Positions 1 to 13,692 of a DNA stretch of 64,000 bases are shown here, piece after piece. The DNA is taken from contig OX597822.1 in NCBI GenBank assembly GCA_951406725.2, positions 80,352,001-80,416,000 of the forward strand. The letters are read 5' to 3'. This DNA is from Octopus vulgaris. Its lineage: Eukaryota. Position 1 is the first letter of the stretch. Every line of letters starts with the position of its first letter. The notes under the pieces were generated by a model. It had not been told where the DNA came from. It made no database searches and saw nothing but the letters and a program-made list of their open reading frames with translations. Both the position numbers and the translations under genes were made by a program.

Positions 1-489
1 TTTTGGCCAAACATATTTAAATTATCTAAGTTTTATAAGTTACAAGTTTTTGCATACCTGATGAATGATCATCCACCACTTTCGACGGCGAGTAATTAGT
101 TGATCAATCAGCTGTGCAACCAGGTTTGGTAAAAAATATGGCGCATAAATGTCTGAGTGTACTTCGCTGACATATGAGTCCTTAATGTCATAATTAGAAT
201 GAGAAAGCAGGACGGGTTTTGCGATAAAGCTGAAGTTTTCTACTAATATTAGAATTCATCTAACAGACTTCAGAGCAGTTTCTGTCAACCTAATTTCACA
301 CAAAAACTTTGCATCTATCTGACCCTATGGTCAAAGATAATTACCAAACGTGACTCAAAAGGAGACCGAAACCTAGTTCTGCATCTCATATGAAATGAAC
401 TGCTATGAATGTATGCATACATTCGTGATAGACAACTCCATCATAAAAAAAGTGACAAGGGTTCCGCAAAATCAGCACAGATTAATTGT

Positions 490-595
490 TTACAGTGACT
501 AAATAAGTCAACGCGCCGCGCTCCTCGGGAACCGAAACCATTATCTCGTGCTCATAAGTACAACACCCTAAACACGAGGCCACCCACTTTCGCGT
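490..595 (-). mobile_element. degenerate tRNA-derived SINE head fragment
   Basis: Reverse complement reads gtggcctcgtgtttagggtgttgtactt...ggtttcggttccc, resembling Pol III A/B boxes and the SINE heads at 35570 and 59300. Confidence 0.45.
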
Positions 596-799
596 ACATA
601 CATACATATATATGTATGTGAACAGATGTACGTTATGCGTAGGAGACGAATAAATTTACGATGATTGCCATTGCCATCATTAATGTCGCAATTATCAACT
701 TTGTTAAATAATTGGCTTTCCTTTTGATCACATTAATTGAGTAAAATCAACAAAAAGACAAACAAAAACAGATGGTTTATCGTAACGATATTGTCTGAA

Positions 800-1370
800 A
801 TCTGCAGGCAGCTTTCACCCGGGGTGGGATGACCGGGTTGCGATCAATGAGTTTACCACGTCCCCCAGGAATACTGAGGTCATCCGATGGTCAACTGCAG
901 TCGAGGTTGTAATGGATATCTACTCTCGAATACCACAGACGCGGGGACCCGATCGTGCTTCCATGTAGGCTTTCACATTTGTCAGTTATATCTTCAATTG
1001 TCCTCTAGCTGGTTTGTGCCAGCTTGGGAGGGGGGGAACCGGGTCAGGTGACCACTTTGCGAATGAATTGCCCTGGGCGTCGACAGAGTGTAAGACGTCG
1101 AAGGTTGCTGTCGGATGTAAATGACCGGAATCCCAATTTTACCCCGCAACGGAACACCCGTCTGTTGCGGGGTTCAAGGTGGGTCAATTTTTGAATGCGG
1201 GGAACAAATTGCTTACGTCGATCACAGTAGTTGTGTGGTAATTTTTTTTAACTGACCTTGAGAGGATGAAGTAAAAAGTTGACCTCGAGCAGGATTGAAC
1301 TCATATTCTAAAGAATCGGAAGAGATCTCATTAAGCATTTTGCTCGACTTGCAAGCTGTTCTGCCTTCTC
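800..1370 (-). mobile_element. composite SINE-like repeat (Meta-type head plus GC-rich tail)
   Basis: 1200-1370 matches the family at 23745-24341 (gaccttgagaggatgaa...gttgacctcg...ttgaactca); 800-1180 is GC-rich with the hairpin accccgcaac...gttgcggggt. Confidence 0.45.
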
Positions 1371-1434
1371 ACTACGTTTACTTATTCCATGTAATTGCTC
1401 AAAAAATAATGAAGGAAATAAGTGAATGTATACC

Positions 1435-1812
1435 GGACGTGTTTAAGTGGCTCCGCTTGGTATCAGTTGGTTTCGGGTTCAGTCCCGAACCATGCTACCT
1501 TAAGCGAGTGCCTTCTGCTATAGTACAGGGCCGACCAATGCCACGTGAAGGAAACTTTGTAAAAACCCGCCGTATATGTAAATATCTGCATCGATATATG
1601 TGTGTGTGTGTCACTTTCTGCTTGTTTCCGTGCCTTCCATCGCTTGACAAATGTTGTTGGTTTTTTTACACACTTCTAACGTAATAGATCGGCAAAAAAG
1701 ACCTCTGGAATAAGTACCAGATTTTAAAAACCACTGGGGTGGATTTTTTCGAACAAATCATTCAAGGTAGCGCTCCAGCAAGGTTGCATTCAATTATGGA
1801 GCGATTAAAAGG
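1435..1812 (+). mobile_element. tRNA/CORE-type SINE family A (OR-like), diverged copy
   Basis: B-box ggttcagtccc, gggccgaccaatgcc, internal (TG)n, cgcttgacaa, gaataagtacc, gctccagca; colinear with 8852-9265. Confidence 0.8.
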
Positions 1813-1825
1813 TTATCTATCTATT

Positions 1826-1831
1826 TGTCTG

Positions 1832-1921
<90 letters not shown>

Positions 1922-1922
1922 C

Positions 1923-1958
<36 letters not shown>
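1826..1958. repeat. (TATC)n microsatellite
   Basis: Direct inspection. Confidence 0.95.
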
Positions 1959-1959
1959 C

Positions 1960-2085
1960 TTTACTCGTTTACTCATTTCAGTCATTTGACTACGGCCATG
2001 CTGGATCACTAACTTCAAAGAATTAATTCAATCCTATCGATTATAGTACATATTTTATCTATGTTGTCGATCATTATTTATCGAA
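1960..2085 (-). mobile_element. SINE family A 3' fragment
   Basis: ttcagtcatttgactacggccatgctgga is the reverse complement of the family A 3' end. Confidence 0.7.
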
Positions 2086-2426
2086 CAGTCTACGTATCTC
2101 AGATAAAGGGATGCAACCGGTTTTCACTAGCGGTATAAAAGTACATTTATAATCTCAATCGATTTACTAGGAATAGCAGGCCAATCAACAAATCAACCTC
2201 TTAGTATACTTCATACATTTTAAAAATGGAACGAGACTCTGATGTATCTCATTCCTTTATAAGAGAAAACTTCTAATTAATGAAGACGAAATGTTCGAGT
2301 AAAGAATGCATTTAATGATAGTTCTGAATATTCAGGGTTCATATAGAGCGAACCAACAATATGTATGTGTGTTCGTGGTGTACAAAACAAACAGATATAT
2401 TAGTATAACGCTCAGGAATAGAAAAA

Positions 2427-2465
2427 GTCTTTTATGTTTCGAGCCTACGCTCTTCTGGAGATAGG
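2427..2465 (-). ncRNA. degenerate minimal hammerhead-like motif
   Basis: Minus strand CAGAAGA GC-GTAG-GCTC GAAAC ATA: the core deviates from CUGANGA at one position, stem II is GAGC/GCTC, stem I is poorly paired. Confidence 0.4.
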
Positions 2466-2544
2466 GACACAGAAAAAAAAAAACAAGGAGAGAAACAAGG
2501 AGAGGAAAAAAATGTGTGTAGTGGCTAACGATCTATCACGGCGA

Positions 2545-2754
2545 GTATGTACGTATGAACGCATGTATGCAGGTATGTATGCAAATGTATATGCATGCAA
2601 GCATGTATGTATGCATGCATGTATCAATGTATGCAAGTATGTATGTATGTAAGTATGTATGAATGATTGTATGTATTTGTGCATGCATGCATGAATGCCT
2701 GTATGCATGAATGTATGTATGTATATATTGTATGTATGTATATATGTATGTATA

Positions 2755-2814
<60 letters not shown>

Positions 2815-3078
2815 AATGGATACATGTATATATATTTATATATACATATGCATATATTAATATATATATATTGAAATGTATATATATATATATATATATA
2901 TATACGTACGTAGATGTGTGTATATATATAGAGATAGAGAAAGAAACAGAGAGAGAGAGAGGAAGAGATAGACAGATATATAGATAGATATATAGATAGA
3001 TATGGACACGTAGACACAGAAACACACACACTCATATAGAGACTTACACACACACAAATACATATTAACATACATACA
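2545..3078. repeat. compound (TATG)n/(TA)n/(GA)n/(CA)n microsatellite block
   Basis: Direct inspection; explains the overlapping YI/CV-rich ORFs. Confidence 0.95.
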
Positions 3079-3834
3079 AATGCCGTATAAGGAAGCTTCG
3101 AATTCCCAAGTGGCCCTCTAAAGCATTGGAGACCGATCTACATTGGAAAATATAGTCGCAACTAGTGTTAGAAAGAAGGAGAAAATCTGGCCGGAATAGC
3201 ATTAAATTAGTTCAATCAGTTCTGAAAGGTGGTGAAAAGCCAACGCTAGGATCAAACAATATTTCAAGGTTTCGATCAACTAAGATTTTATGGAAAATCC
3301 TTGCATAATATTCCTCCCTGTGTCTACGAGATTGCGAATCAAACCACTTAACTGCATATCCATTGCGCGACCTATTTTATTGTTACGCTATTACACAGTG
3401 TATTGGTGGATATACAATTCATGGGTGGACATATTGATTTAGCGAATGAATTAACGCCATCTTGTTAATGATACCATGTAACTGATACTTATTGAATGCA
3501 TTTACATACATGCGAACACACAACATCTGCAAATATACGCATGCACAAACAAGTATGCAAACGATGCACATGCATAAACGATTGCACAATAAGGTATATG
3601 TATGTGTATATATATATATATATGTGTGTGTATACATACATACATATATACATACACACACATACACACACACACACACATATATATATAGGCATAATAC
3701 ATAATCACGCACATAGCGCATAAAGCCCCCAGAGATTACATAAAAATATATATGATACACAAGTATAAAGATGCAAAAGCACATATATATATGTCATATA
3801 TTTATATATATATTTATATATACATTTATATATA

Positions 3835-3882
<48 letters not shown>

Positions 3883-3885
<3 letters not shown>

Positions 3886-4035
3886 ACCGCCTTTGCTCAA
3901 ATAAATTGACCCAGGACTTATTCTTTGTAAGGCTAGTACTTATTCTATCGGTTTCTTTTTGCCGAACCGCTAGATTACGGGGACGTAAACATACCAGCAT
4001 CGGTTGTCAAGCGTTGTTGGGGGGACAAACATACA
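3883..4035 (-). mobile_element. SINE family A 3' half
   Basis: gcaccgcctttg...gacccaggacttattctttgtaag...ccgaaccgctag...ggttgtcaagcg, reverse complement of family A. Confidence 0.85.
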
Positions 4036-4252
4036 CACACACACACATACACACACACACGCATATGTATATATATATATATATGTGTGTATATATATAT
4101 ATACACACACATATATATATATACGGTTGTGTCTGGGGAGAGTAATTTTCTTTTTGTGCCTTATAATGTAACGCACTCACCGGTAAAATTCCCACTTATT
4201 TCTTATTTATATTTTCCATATATATATATATAGAGATATATGCATATGCATA

Positions 4253-4293
<41 letters not shown>

Positions 4294-4294
4294 G

Positions 4295-4325
<31 letters not shown>

Positions 4326-4369
4326 ATTTATACATATATATGTATATATATGTATATATATATGTATGT

Positions 4370-4420
<51 letters not shown>

Positions 4421-4967
4421 TGTATGTATGTAAATGCATTCTTACGTATTCACTAGAAATTGACATATTTCCTGAATATTTAGGTTTGGAGATGATAGTC
4501 AGAAAGATCTTGTGCTGGTATCATGAATACAAATGTAAATTTATAAACGCTAAGACACATCTATGTGTGGGTATAAGCGTATAAACGCATTATATATGCA
4601 CATGTTCATGTATATTCACATATAAATATATTCATTCATACATACATACTTACATATATATATAAACATATTTTCAGATATGAATATATATATGGAAGGA
4701 AATAAACATGGAGAGTAATATCTTCGTTTGTGTTATATTCATTTAAAAAAGAAAAAAAATTGAATGTGTTCATAAATATGCTGAATTTTCTGTAAATCAT
4801 TTAGGTTCCATAAATCAAGATTCTAAGCTGCATTCAGTTTGTTAGACTTTACTATAATGAACAACCTCCACAGGTCAATTCAAATAGTATCGTATACGTT
4901 GTTTTTACGTGGCAAAAGTGATGTCCTCTTTATTTCGAGGACAACTATACCCACTCATATATATATA

Positions 4968-5257
4968 CTAGCAGCTAAGCCTGGTTTCACCCAGTCGGTT
5001 TGGATGATGTGGCTGTAAAACCTGATCTGTGTAATCATTCGATCTGTTTGGGCACGCTTACGCTAAAGAGCAATGTTAGAATTACTTTTTTCTGTCAAAA
5101 ACTAAAAATATCTGGACAAAATAAAAAAAACAACAAATCAAAAGATAAACCCAAATACGAAGTGAACACAGATGAACCAATCTCACTTCCACTGCGCGCA
5201 AACGCACGCACACACAAACACATATCATATCTATCATATTCTTAACAGAATATACCA

Positions 5258-5293
<36 letters not shown>
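4968..5293 (-). mobile_element. putative non-autonomous Helitron
   Basis: The minus-strand end has a subterminal hairpin ctgggtgaaaccag followed by CTAG|T (ctag at 4968-4971); the 5' TC end is only tentatively placed at the (TA)n/(GA)n junction. Confidence 0.5.
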
Positions 5294-5329
<36 letters not shown>

Positions 5330-5416
5330 GAGAGAGAGAGATAAATATATGTATAAAGAGAGATAGATATATAGGTAGATAGATAGATAGACAGATAGAT
5401 GGAGAAATAAAAAGAC

Positions 5417-5471
<55 letters not shown>

Positions 5472-7734
5472 ATATATTTATATACATACATACATACATA
5501 CATACATACATACATACATACGTGAATACATATACACACACATACATAAATAGAAAGAAAAACCCAAGAAGCAATGTAGATGAGTAAATGAGTGAGTATT
5601 ATATGTTCGAAATGTGTGTCTTGTGCGCATGCGTTTAGTATAGGTGTGGATTGGGTGTACCATGAAACTCAAGTCGATGCCACCCGTTTGCAAATTTGCT
5701 GGAATTCTGAGAGATGTAAATGATAATATGAAAAATATAATTGCTGCATTATACCAGAAAACCAGGGGCTGTTTGCCATGTTATGTTCTCGTATTAGCTT
5801 TCAAAATGTGGTGGTTATTGTTGCATTTCTGATTGTTAATTGAAGCCTTTGCTATTATAATTACTGTTTCTATTCCTGAACATTTTCTAGAGCTATAATT
5901 GTCACATATTGCCTTTGGTTTCATCATTAATACGAGTCCTCCTGCTTCTGACTAGTGAAAACTCCGCTAGGAAAGCTATTACTGATTTTGTCATTGATTA
6001 ATTGCAAAGCTATCGTTTATACGACCGTGTATTTCTTTTGACTGGGTGAGTTAGAACGATGCTTTTATTATAAGGAAAGAAGAAAATATGGGCTTTTTTT
6101 ACGTTCATGCGTTTCTCTATAGTATTAGTGATGTACAGGATATGATATCGTTTCAAAATTGCAATGAAAATGCGTCACATTTTTAGTTTGTATCCTGCTT
6201 ATCTCTTATCTCTTTAGCGTTCATCAAATATATTGATTTCCTGGGCATTGGGCGACGAATGTATAGATTCATGCAATGAAGGAAGTTGTGTGTCGGTAAT
6301 GTATTTTTCAAGGTTAATATCAACGTCAAAGAGAGTGAATCGGATTTAATGTTGAATCCCAAAAGCATGTCGATCGCATTCGGTCGATCCTAAACTCAGA
6401 TTTACTGTATTGTGTGTAGAACTGAAACGAGAATTTATCGATATATTGATATACTAAAACTTAAAAAATGGAATATGTGAAGTCCATGCCTTCTGTTTAA
6501 ACCTGCATCTCTTACATGTTAGTAGTATGGTTGCTATATAATAATTCGTTGTTTATCATTCGTTTACAAAGAGAAGAGAAATAGATTTCTTTCCCAAACA
6601 TATAAACCGATTACTTACTCGAGCACAATTCCCTGAGTTGGCCGGAGAAGTAGGTTGTCAATATTACAATATATTTTGTGTATGCAAAGCAGCAACGTCA
6701 AAATGGATTTATTCGTCATTCGTAACTGGAATTTGGAAGGTGTACATACATACATACATACATACATACATACATACATACATACATACATACATACATA
6801 CATACATACATACGCACAGCCACACACAGATATACACACATATATATATGAATACATGTGTGTGCATGCGTGTGCGTGTATGCATTTGTGAATGTGCGAC
6901 TGAGTGTATATACCTGTGTTAAAGTTTCGGAAATTCGGTTCTATATCAACTGTGGCATTCCGAAGTTTCTAGCAAAATCATGAATGACAGTGTATGATAT
7001 ATTAGTGTTATTACTTAGTAAAACCACAAACCACTGGGATCAGAATGTCAATAACAACAAAATTATTAAAAAAAAAAATCTTGCTATAATTACAAACAAA
7101 ATAATGCTAAATCGAATTGGAAACAGAATATTCCAAAGGCTTTTTTCAATCTCGACTCCCATTTTGTCAGGTGGTAAAATATTTAACTATAATAATATAT
7201 AAGACTACGTTCGGATGAATATACGATGGTAGGGAAAACACAGCCTACTGACATAACTTCGGATTGTATGCTGAAAATGATATCTGAAAACGCTATTGTA
7301 GACAGCAGTTGACGAGATTTTACATAAAATTTAGGATATAAAAATACGTCATCACAACTTCGATGAAAATTAATGAGATGCGAATGCCATGTTAGATAGC
7401 AAAATTCAGAATTAGAACTAACACTGACTGAGAAGCAGAAAGGCATTAAGGATCTAGATAGAGAACAACACATACAAATGTATGAAAAGTCTTTAGAAAG
7501 GTTAGGAAAGAATAATATGGATGTATTATATTCAAAGGTAAATCAGAAATAATTACCTAAAAATAAACTAATAATCGACAGCACACGAACTATTTCAGTA
7601 ATAAGTTAGATGTACATGATGAATTAGACAGGAACACAAAGAAACAACTGCTGTATAATAAATACGTCACACAAAATAGGGAGCTAGATATTTCATGCAA
7701 TCAAACCATTATCATAAAATAGCTTCGTTAACAC

Positions 7735-7925
7735 GTCGGAGAAATAGCTTAGTATAATTTCTTCCGGTTCTTAACGTTCTGCGTTCAAATTCCGCGAAGG
7801 TCATCTTTATCTTTCAACCTTTCAGGGAGAATAAAACAACAACCAGTGAAGGACAGGGTTCCATATAATCGACTTCCCTTCTTTCCAGAATTGCTTCCCC
7901 TGTATCAAGTGTTGAAAGAATTATT
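7735..7925 (+). mobile_element. tRNA/Meta-domain-type SINE family B
   Basis: acgttctgcgttcaaattccgc...tttcaacctttcaggg...aatcgactt; same family as 23745-24341. Confidence 0.7.
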
Positions 7926-8851
7926 TTAAATAAGATAGTTACTGAAGGACTATAAGAATATTTGTTTCTGTTCGAAAATTGGTCCGGAAGTGTAAAACAA
8001 AGGTAATAAATGATTTGCCAGAACCCCGAGAAACAACAGAAATAATTATTACAGAGATTCGTGGTTCAAAGCTGAATTGGAAGTATTTTTGCTTATGGTA
8101 CCACACCAGAGCATTTCTACAAAAAACTACCTAAAACATATTATGGAACCTAATTACATGAAGCGACTGCAGAATATATGAATGTTAGAGTAGAAAATAA
8201 AGAATATGTAGTCTAGTCATATAAAATGCGAGAAATAACAGCAAAAACTCGCTCAGTTCATGTCTTGTCATCTTAGAAATGAGCATATTGGATGATGAGT
8301 TACTGGATACTGCTAAAATAGGTAAAAGACGTGACAATAACGGACGGAATATTTTTGATCGTATATCTGCTCGATCGGAGGTGAACTAGGACTGAACATC
8401 AGCACAACATTAACACCACCACCGCCACCATCAACAACAACAACAACATCTACATGAGAAACAATTAGAAGAAAACCTTAATAAAATCAGCACCAAATGC
8501 TATGGAAAGTAGTATAGTAAATGTTATCATATATGACAATGTAGAAGTTAAAGAAATGTCTTAGTAACAGGTGTTTGGCTTTCAAATGTTGATTAATACA
8601 TGAGAGATAGAATGAGAAAAATAAATTACTTTAAAAGCAACGCAATTATCAAATATCTAATATAATATTCTAATGACGGCAATAAATATAATTATCAGCG
8701 TCTGCAACAACAAGATAAGTAAATTAATATTTTCAAATAAACCACAGTGCAATTACATTTGGTCATACATCTTGGGAAAGGGTCTTGTTAATTAAAGTGA
8801 CTCCAGTACTTCTTTTAGCGACTCCGTGAATATAGAATAGAAAATAAGCTA

Positions 8852-9032
8852 AGCACAGGAATGGCTGTGTGGTTTAAAGCCTGTTTCCCAACCACATAGT
8901 TCCGGGTTCAGTCCCACTGCAGGGCTCCTTGGACGACTGTCTTCTACTATAGCCTCGGGCCGACCAAAGCCTTGTGAGTGGATTTGGTAGGCGGAAGCTA
9001 AAAGAGGCCTGTCTTTTATGTGTGTGTGCGCA

Positions 9033-9074
<42 letters not shown>

Positions 9075-9265
9075 TGCATATATTTCTATGTCTGTGTCAC
9101 CCCCACCATCGCTTGACAACAGATGTTGGTATGTTTATGTCCCCGTAAATGGCGGCTCGGCAAAAGAAACCGATAAAGAATAAGTCCTTGAGTAGATCTT
9201 TCCGATTAAAGGCGATGCTCCATCATGGCCGGAGTCAAATGACTGAAACAAGTGGAGGAATGAAA
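8852..9265 (+). mobile_element. SINE family A, near full length
   Basis: A-box-like tggctgtgtgg, B-box ggttcagtccc, CORE-like ccttggacgactgtcttctactatagcc, internal (TG)/(TA) tract, 3' catggccggagtcaaatgactgaaacaag. Confidence 0.9.
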
Positions 9266-9424
9266 AAAAAGGATTCGAACGATATTACTAAATACAAGTG
9301 ATAAATATATCTTGTAAATTCGTTTCCAAAATAATCTCAGGGCCAAAAGCTGGTGGGATGCGTTAGTAAATAAAATCGACCCCAGTACTTGACTGATATT
9401 TTATGTTATCAAACTGGTGCGTCA

Positions 9425-9618
9425 GAGATGAGCTGCTAGATGCTGACTGAAAGAGTGAGAGAAAGTTGTGGCGAAAGAGTCAGTAGAAGTTCCTTCTGCC
9501 GGAGCCGTGTGGAACGTAGGTGTTTCGTTCATAAACAAACTCATCGCCCAGTCTGAGATTCGAACCCTCGATGCCTTGACCGCGAGTCCGCTTCACTGAC
9601 CACTAGACTATGTGCCTC

Positions 9619-9619
<1 letters not shown>
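9425..9619 (-). mobile_element. tRNA-derived SINE (distinct family)
   Basis: Reverse complement tggaggcacatagtctagtggtcagtgaagcggactcgcggtcaaggcatcgagggttcgaatctc is a clear tRNA-like head with A and B boxes. Confidence 0.75.
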
Positions 9620-9651
<32 letters not shown>

Positions 9652-9688
9652 GTGTGTGTCTGTATGTGTATGTGCGTATGTGTGTATG

Positions 9689-9719
<31 letters not shown>

Positions 9720-10199
9720 GTACGTATGTATGTATACATATATGTGTATGTGTATGCATAGATGGGTATGTGCATGTGTTCATGTACACATATTTACACG
9801 AACACACACACCCACCCACCCACACACACACATACACACACACATAGTTATCATAACACACCTCAACGATTTTGGTAACAGGAAAGTCATACTTAACTCA
9901 ATTTAATTATTTATAGCAATTCATATTTGAAATAACCCAAAATAAAATTTGTTATTCATTTCTTCATTTCTCTTTTCCTGTCTATGATTTCCCACACTTC
10001 TTTCCTGTTTATCATATACACCTGTAATGAATTGGTGGTTGGTTCAATGCGCGTAATTTCCTCGCAATTTACATACAACGGTTTATTTTCAATTCTAGAT
10101 TATTCTAGCGGTTTCGATGTGTGGATTATTCCATATTTCACCGTAGTTATTGTTTCCACTCTTAGATAACTTAGATACTGAGATAAGTTTCGGCCAGAA

Positions 10200-10640
10200 T
10201 TAACCCAGGCCACACTACGTTAATGGCACCATTTGGAAATGCTAAATAATGCAGCTTAATATTACAGTAGTAGTTTCGGCGCACATATCCGGTTGCAGGT
10301 GGTTTATCTGAGATTTGTAGGAGATATTAGACCAAAACCGTTTGAATGTTACGAGATTCTTTTTCCTTTCCTTGTGTGTCTTGGCATAATGTTTAAGAGA
10401 ACAGAGTCTGTTAAGGTGAAATAGTTCTGACTTTGTGTTTTGATGTGACGCGAGCATGTTTTTTGTAGAGAACAGATGGCATGGACACCAAACCTTGGGT
10501 GAATGTTAAGGTGAGTGCCGACATCATGGGAGCATTGCTGTTGGAATATTTGAGTTTCTCTAAGCTATTCCAATAATCAAGACTTGACATGTCGTCCATT
10601 TTCTTTGTGATCTATTTCTAGAATGCTTCAATTTATATAA
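10200..10640 (-). mobile_element. CR1/L2-group LINE 3' remnant
   Basis: Minus-strand peptides MSSLDYWNSLEKLK, LLNIMP, LVTFKR and LLQISDKP resemble the CR1-type C-terminus (LxYxERLxxL...LFNxLP...FKxxLDxFL..IPDxP); frameshifted. Confidence 0.6.
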
Positions 10641-10676
10641 AATTTTACTCGCTGAGGCATACACACACAGACACAT

Positions 10677-10725
<49 letters not shown>

Positions 10726-11549
10726 CACGCACACAAACACACACACAAACACACACATTATATAGAAATACGTACAGCTAGGCGTAGGTCCCACTGCGTG
10801 GCACCTTGGTCAAGTGACTTCTGCTATAACCTCGGGCCCCCTCCCGAAAATTTCGTGCCTTGTGCCTAGAGTAGAAAAGAATTTCATAGAGTTATTCTCA
10901 GCGCATAATTTATCTCCTCTTTCCTTTTATTTATCAATTTTTTCTTGATTCTTTTACGTTGATTACATATTTTATTCTGCTTTCGTAACTAGTTTACTGG
11001 TTTCATTTGTTTGTGTGTTAGTTACGTGTTTTGTGCAGGTTTATTCGCAAGCCTGATACATTCGTGATCATCATGTTTATGACGGCAGTTTTCTTATAAA
11101 TCTAATCGAATCAGTTGTTCATAACGGTCCTCATATTCAGTACTAGACTTTCCTAAGTTGTTTTTGTTTTGTTTCGTTAAGTGTGCATGAGCAGACACAG
11201 ATAAATAGACATATGATCAAATATATTAATATTTAATCAAATCAATGTTCAGATTTTTTCGATTTTCGCTTCTGTAGCGGCTAATGTCTCTAAAAAGACG
11301 AGAAGAAAACCTGTGACCATCATGCCGTGTTTTTCTCATAGTATGTATTCATTACCACATGGCTCCATAGGTGCTTGTTTTTTTAAGACTGTGGTATGTA
11401 ATTTATGAGTGATTTGAGCTATTATTTCTACCACTTAATACTACCACATAGATGGCTTGTCGTTTGTTGATCTTATGCACCTAATCACCTAGACTTGTGC
11501 ATTCACGACATCTTCACAATCTGAGTTTGTGGGTGTCACTGTTAAACAG

Positions 11550-11790
11550 ATGCGTAGCTTAGCGGTTACGGCGTTGTCCCCATGAGAGTAAGATCGGCGT
11601 CTCCTTTTCTGGACCGAGCAATGCTTTGTATTCTACATTTCACCTTTTTCGAGTCCACTCAGTGGCAAATGAGTAACTCTTCGACGGACCGGGTCTCTTT
11701 CAGGGGTACATTCTGATCTCAGCTACTTATACACCATGGAAACCGGGTAGACTGCGGCCTATGAATCCTCGGATTCAAGGCAGTAATGTC
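11550..11790 (+). mobile_element. diverged tRNA/CORE-type SINE
   Basis: gcgtagcttagcggtta head, then agtccactcagtggcaaatgagtaac...gacggaccgggtctctttcagggg and ggaaaccggg...cggcctatga. Confidence 0.6.
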
Positions 11791-11806
11791 CAAGGGTTGA
11801 TGATGT

Positions 11807-11852
<46 letters not shown>

Positions 11853-12552
11853 GGTGGTGGTAGTGGTAATGATGATGATGATTATAATGATGATGATGAT
11901 GATGTGGAGGAGGAGGAGGAGGAGGATGAGGGGGAGGAGGTAGAGGATGAACATAAGCAAACAAAATTTGGTCGGACGCTGGAATAGAACTCTGGTTACA
12001 AACACTTGAGTGAGCTCTCGTTTCATACCACTAAATTGTGAGCCTGAAGATCTTGACCTTAAGTGAAGACGTTCGAGGCCTTTAACGAAACGCACCCCCA
12101 AAAGACTATGTGGTATCAGTGAAATAAAGAGGATATGTAATTTAGACATCTGAGGTATAACAGATCGTGATCATACATATTATTTTGAAGTTGTAAAATC
12201 ATAAATATAGCTCTCCACTATTTTATCAGCACGACATTAAATTTATAATACGGGAGTCAGGTGTAAAGCTTGTCATATTTTCATTTTAGGAAACAGCATT
12301 TATCGCTTATTACACAATCACTGGAAGCTGTGATGATTAATGTATGTAACTGTTATCATATTTAACGAGGGTAGAAGTATAAATCTGAAATGATTAGAAC
12401 ATTAAACAATAACAAAAATTAAATATACATGTCAACATATGTATGCGTATGTGTGTGTGCACGCGTTAGAGTGTATGAATTTATACACACGCATAGAGAG
12501 AGAGAGACATATATACAGACACAGAGAGAAATAGAGTTAAAACCATATATAT

Positions 12553-12673
12553 ATTGGCCTGCTCGCTTAGCCAGCGGGGTGGCGTCATTCGAAGGCTAGA
12601 ACAATGCGAACGCATTGTGACCAGCGATGTGTAACAACATATGATGGTCTGGTCGGTCACGTGATCACGTGAT
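12553..12673 (+). mobile_element. short interspersed repeat fragment (probable SINE tail) between TA tracts
   Basis: GC-rich 120-bp island ending in the palindrome tcacgtgatcacgtga. Confidence 0.4.
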
Positions 12674-12710
12674 ATATATACATATATATATATAAATATA
12701 ATTTTTAATG

Positions 12711-12840
12711 CACAGCCAAAAGAGCGTCTAGTAGCTTCATGCTTTTATTATACTTGAACAGCCATATTTATAAAATGGCTGTTCAATGGCTGTTCATGTA
12801 TTATAAGGGCATGAAACTATTAGTTGCTCTTTCGGTTGTG
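12711..12840 (+). other. long imperfect hairpin (about 54-bp arms)
   Basis: cacagccaaaagagc...gaacagcca pairs gaplessly with tggctgttc...gctctttcggttgtg. Confidence 0.85.
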
Positions 12841-12902
12841 TGTTTATATTGATATTTACCTCTCACTGGATGGAGTATATTTCTTGATTTTACCTCTGTT
12901 GG

Positions 12903-12961
<59 letters not shown>

Positions 12962-13464
12962 ATAGATAGATGAAACTTACTTGGAAATAGATGCGTGGCG
13001 TTCGATCATATAATAATGTGAATAATAAGTATAAATAATGCATATATACATACATATATGTATATACCGAATATATATGTATATATACATGCATATATGG
13101 GTACAGGACGTAAAAAAAAACGTGAACAAAATGAGGAACGAGAACATAAAAAACAAAACATAGAAAACGAATTTGCTTTCGAACAACGAAAGAAAGAAAG
13201 AGAGAATCGAGACAGGTAACATAAAAAAAAACGGAGTAGATAAAACAGGGGACAAATGATGAAGGGAATGTTTATCATGAAGGAAACGAGCGAGATAAAG
13301 GAAGGGTAATCCCATTGAAATGAGGCAAAACAGTGAAAGAAAAAGTGTTAAGTGGAATACGAAAAACACAAAATGATAAAGAGCTGAATAAACAGATGGA
13401 GAATGAAGTAATAGAAAAGAAAATGAAAGAATTAACTCAAAGAAAACAGAAAGCAAAACCTAAA

Positions 13465-13572
<108 letters not shown>

Positions 13573-13639
13573 AGAATTTTTGCGTAATGAGATAACAAAA
13601 CACGGCTGTATAGATATTAGACCAATTATAGACAGAAGG

Positions 13640-13692
13640 TAATACAGCTGTTTCTAGGATATTGATTAATAATATCCCTTCATCGGAGACGG
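13640..13692 (-). ncRNA. minimal type-I hammerhead-like motif (CCGAUGA variant) in a roughly 280-bp PLE-like terminal fragment (13571-13848)
   Basis: Minus strand: CCGATGAA GGGATATT-loop-AATATCCT A GAAAC AGCT GTA; the palindromic AGCT loop on a short stem III is typical of PLE hammerheads; stem I is mismatched. Confidence 0.55.

Noticed and set aside
55-125. CTGATGA near the window start as a hammerhead core
   Set aside because: No properly placed GAAA or stem III/UH follows
7400-7560. Coiled-coil-like open stretch LELTLTEKQKGIKDLDREQHIQMYEKSLERLGK
   Set aside because: Short and bounded by stops, with no convincing splice pair or recognisable family; it could be a decayed TE but is unsupported
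9540-9619. tRNA-like sequences (also at 8852, 13959, 24290, 30430 and 48941)
   Set aside because: A/B boxes are present but there is no complete cloverleaf or acceptor stem, and they run into SINE bodies, so they are SINE heads and not tRNA genes
12040-12100. ctgaaga / gtgaaga...gtt-aac-gaaacgc hammerhead-like words
   Set aside because: Stem II is only 3-4 bp, there is no U at the cleavage triplet and no stem I; compatible with chance
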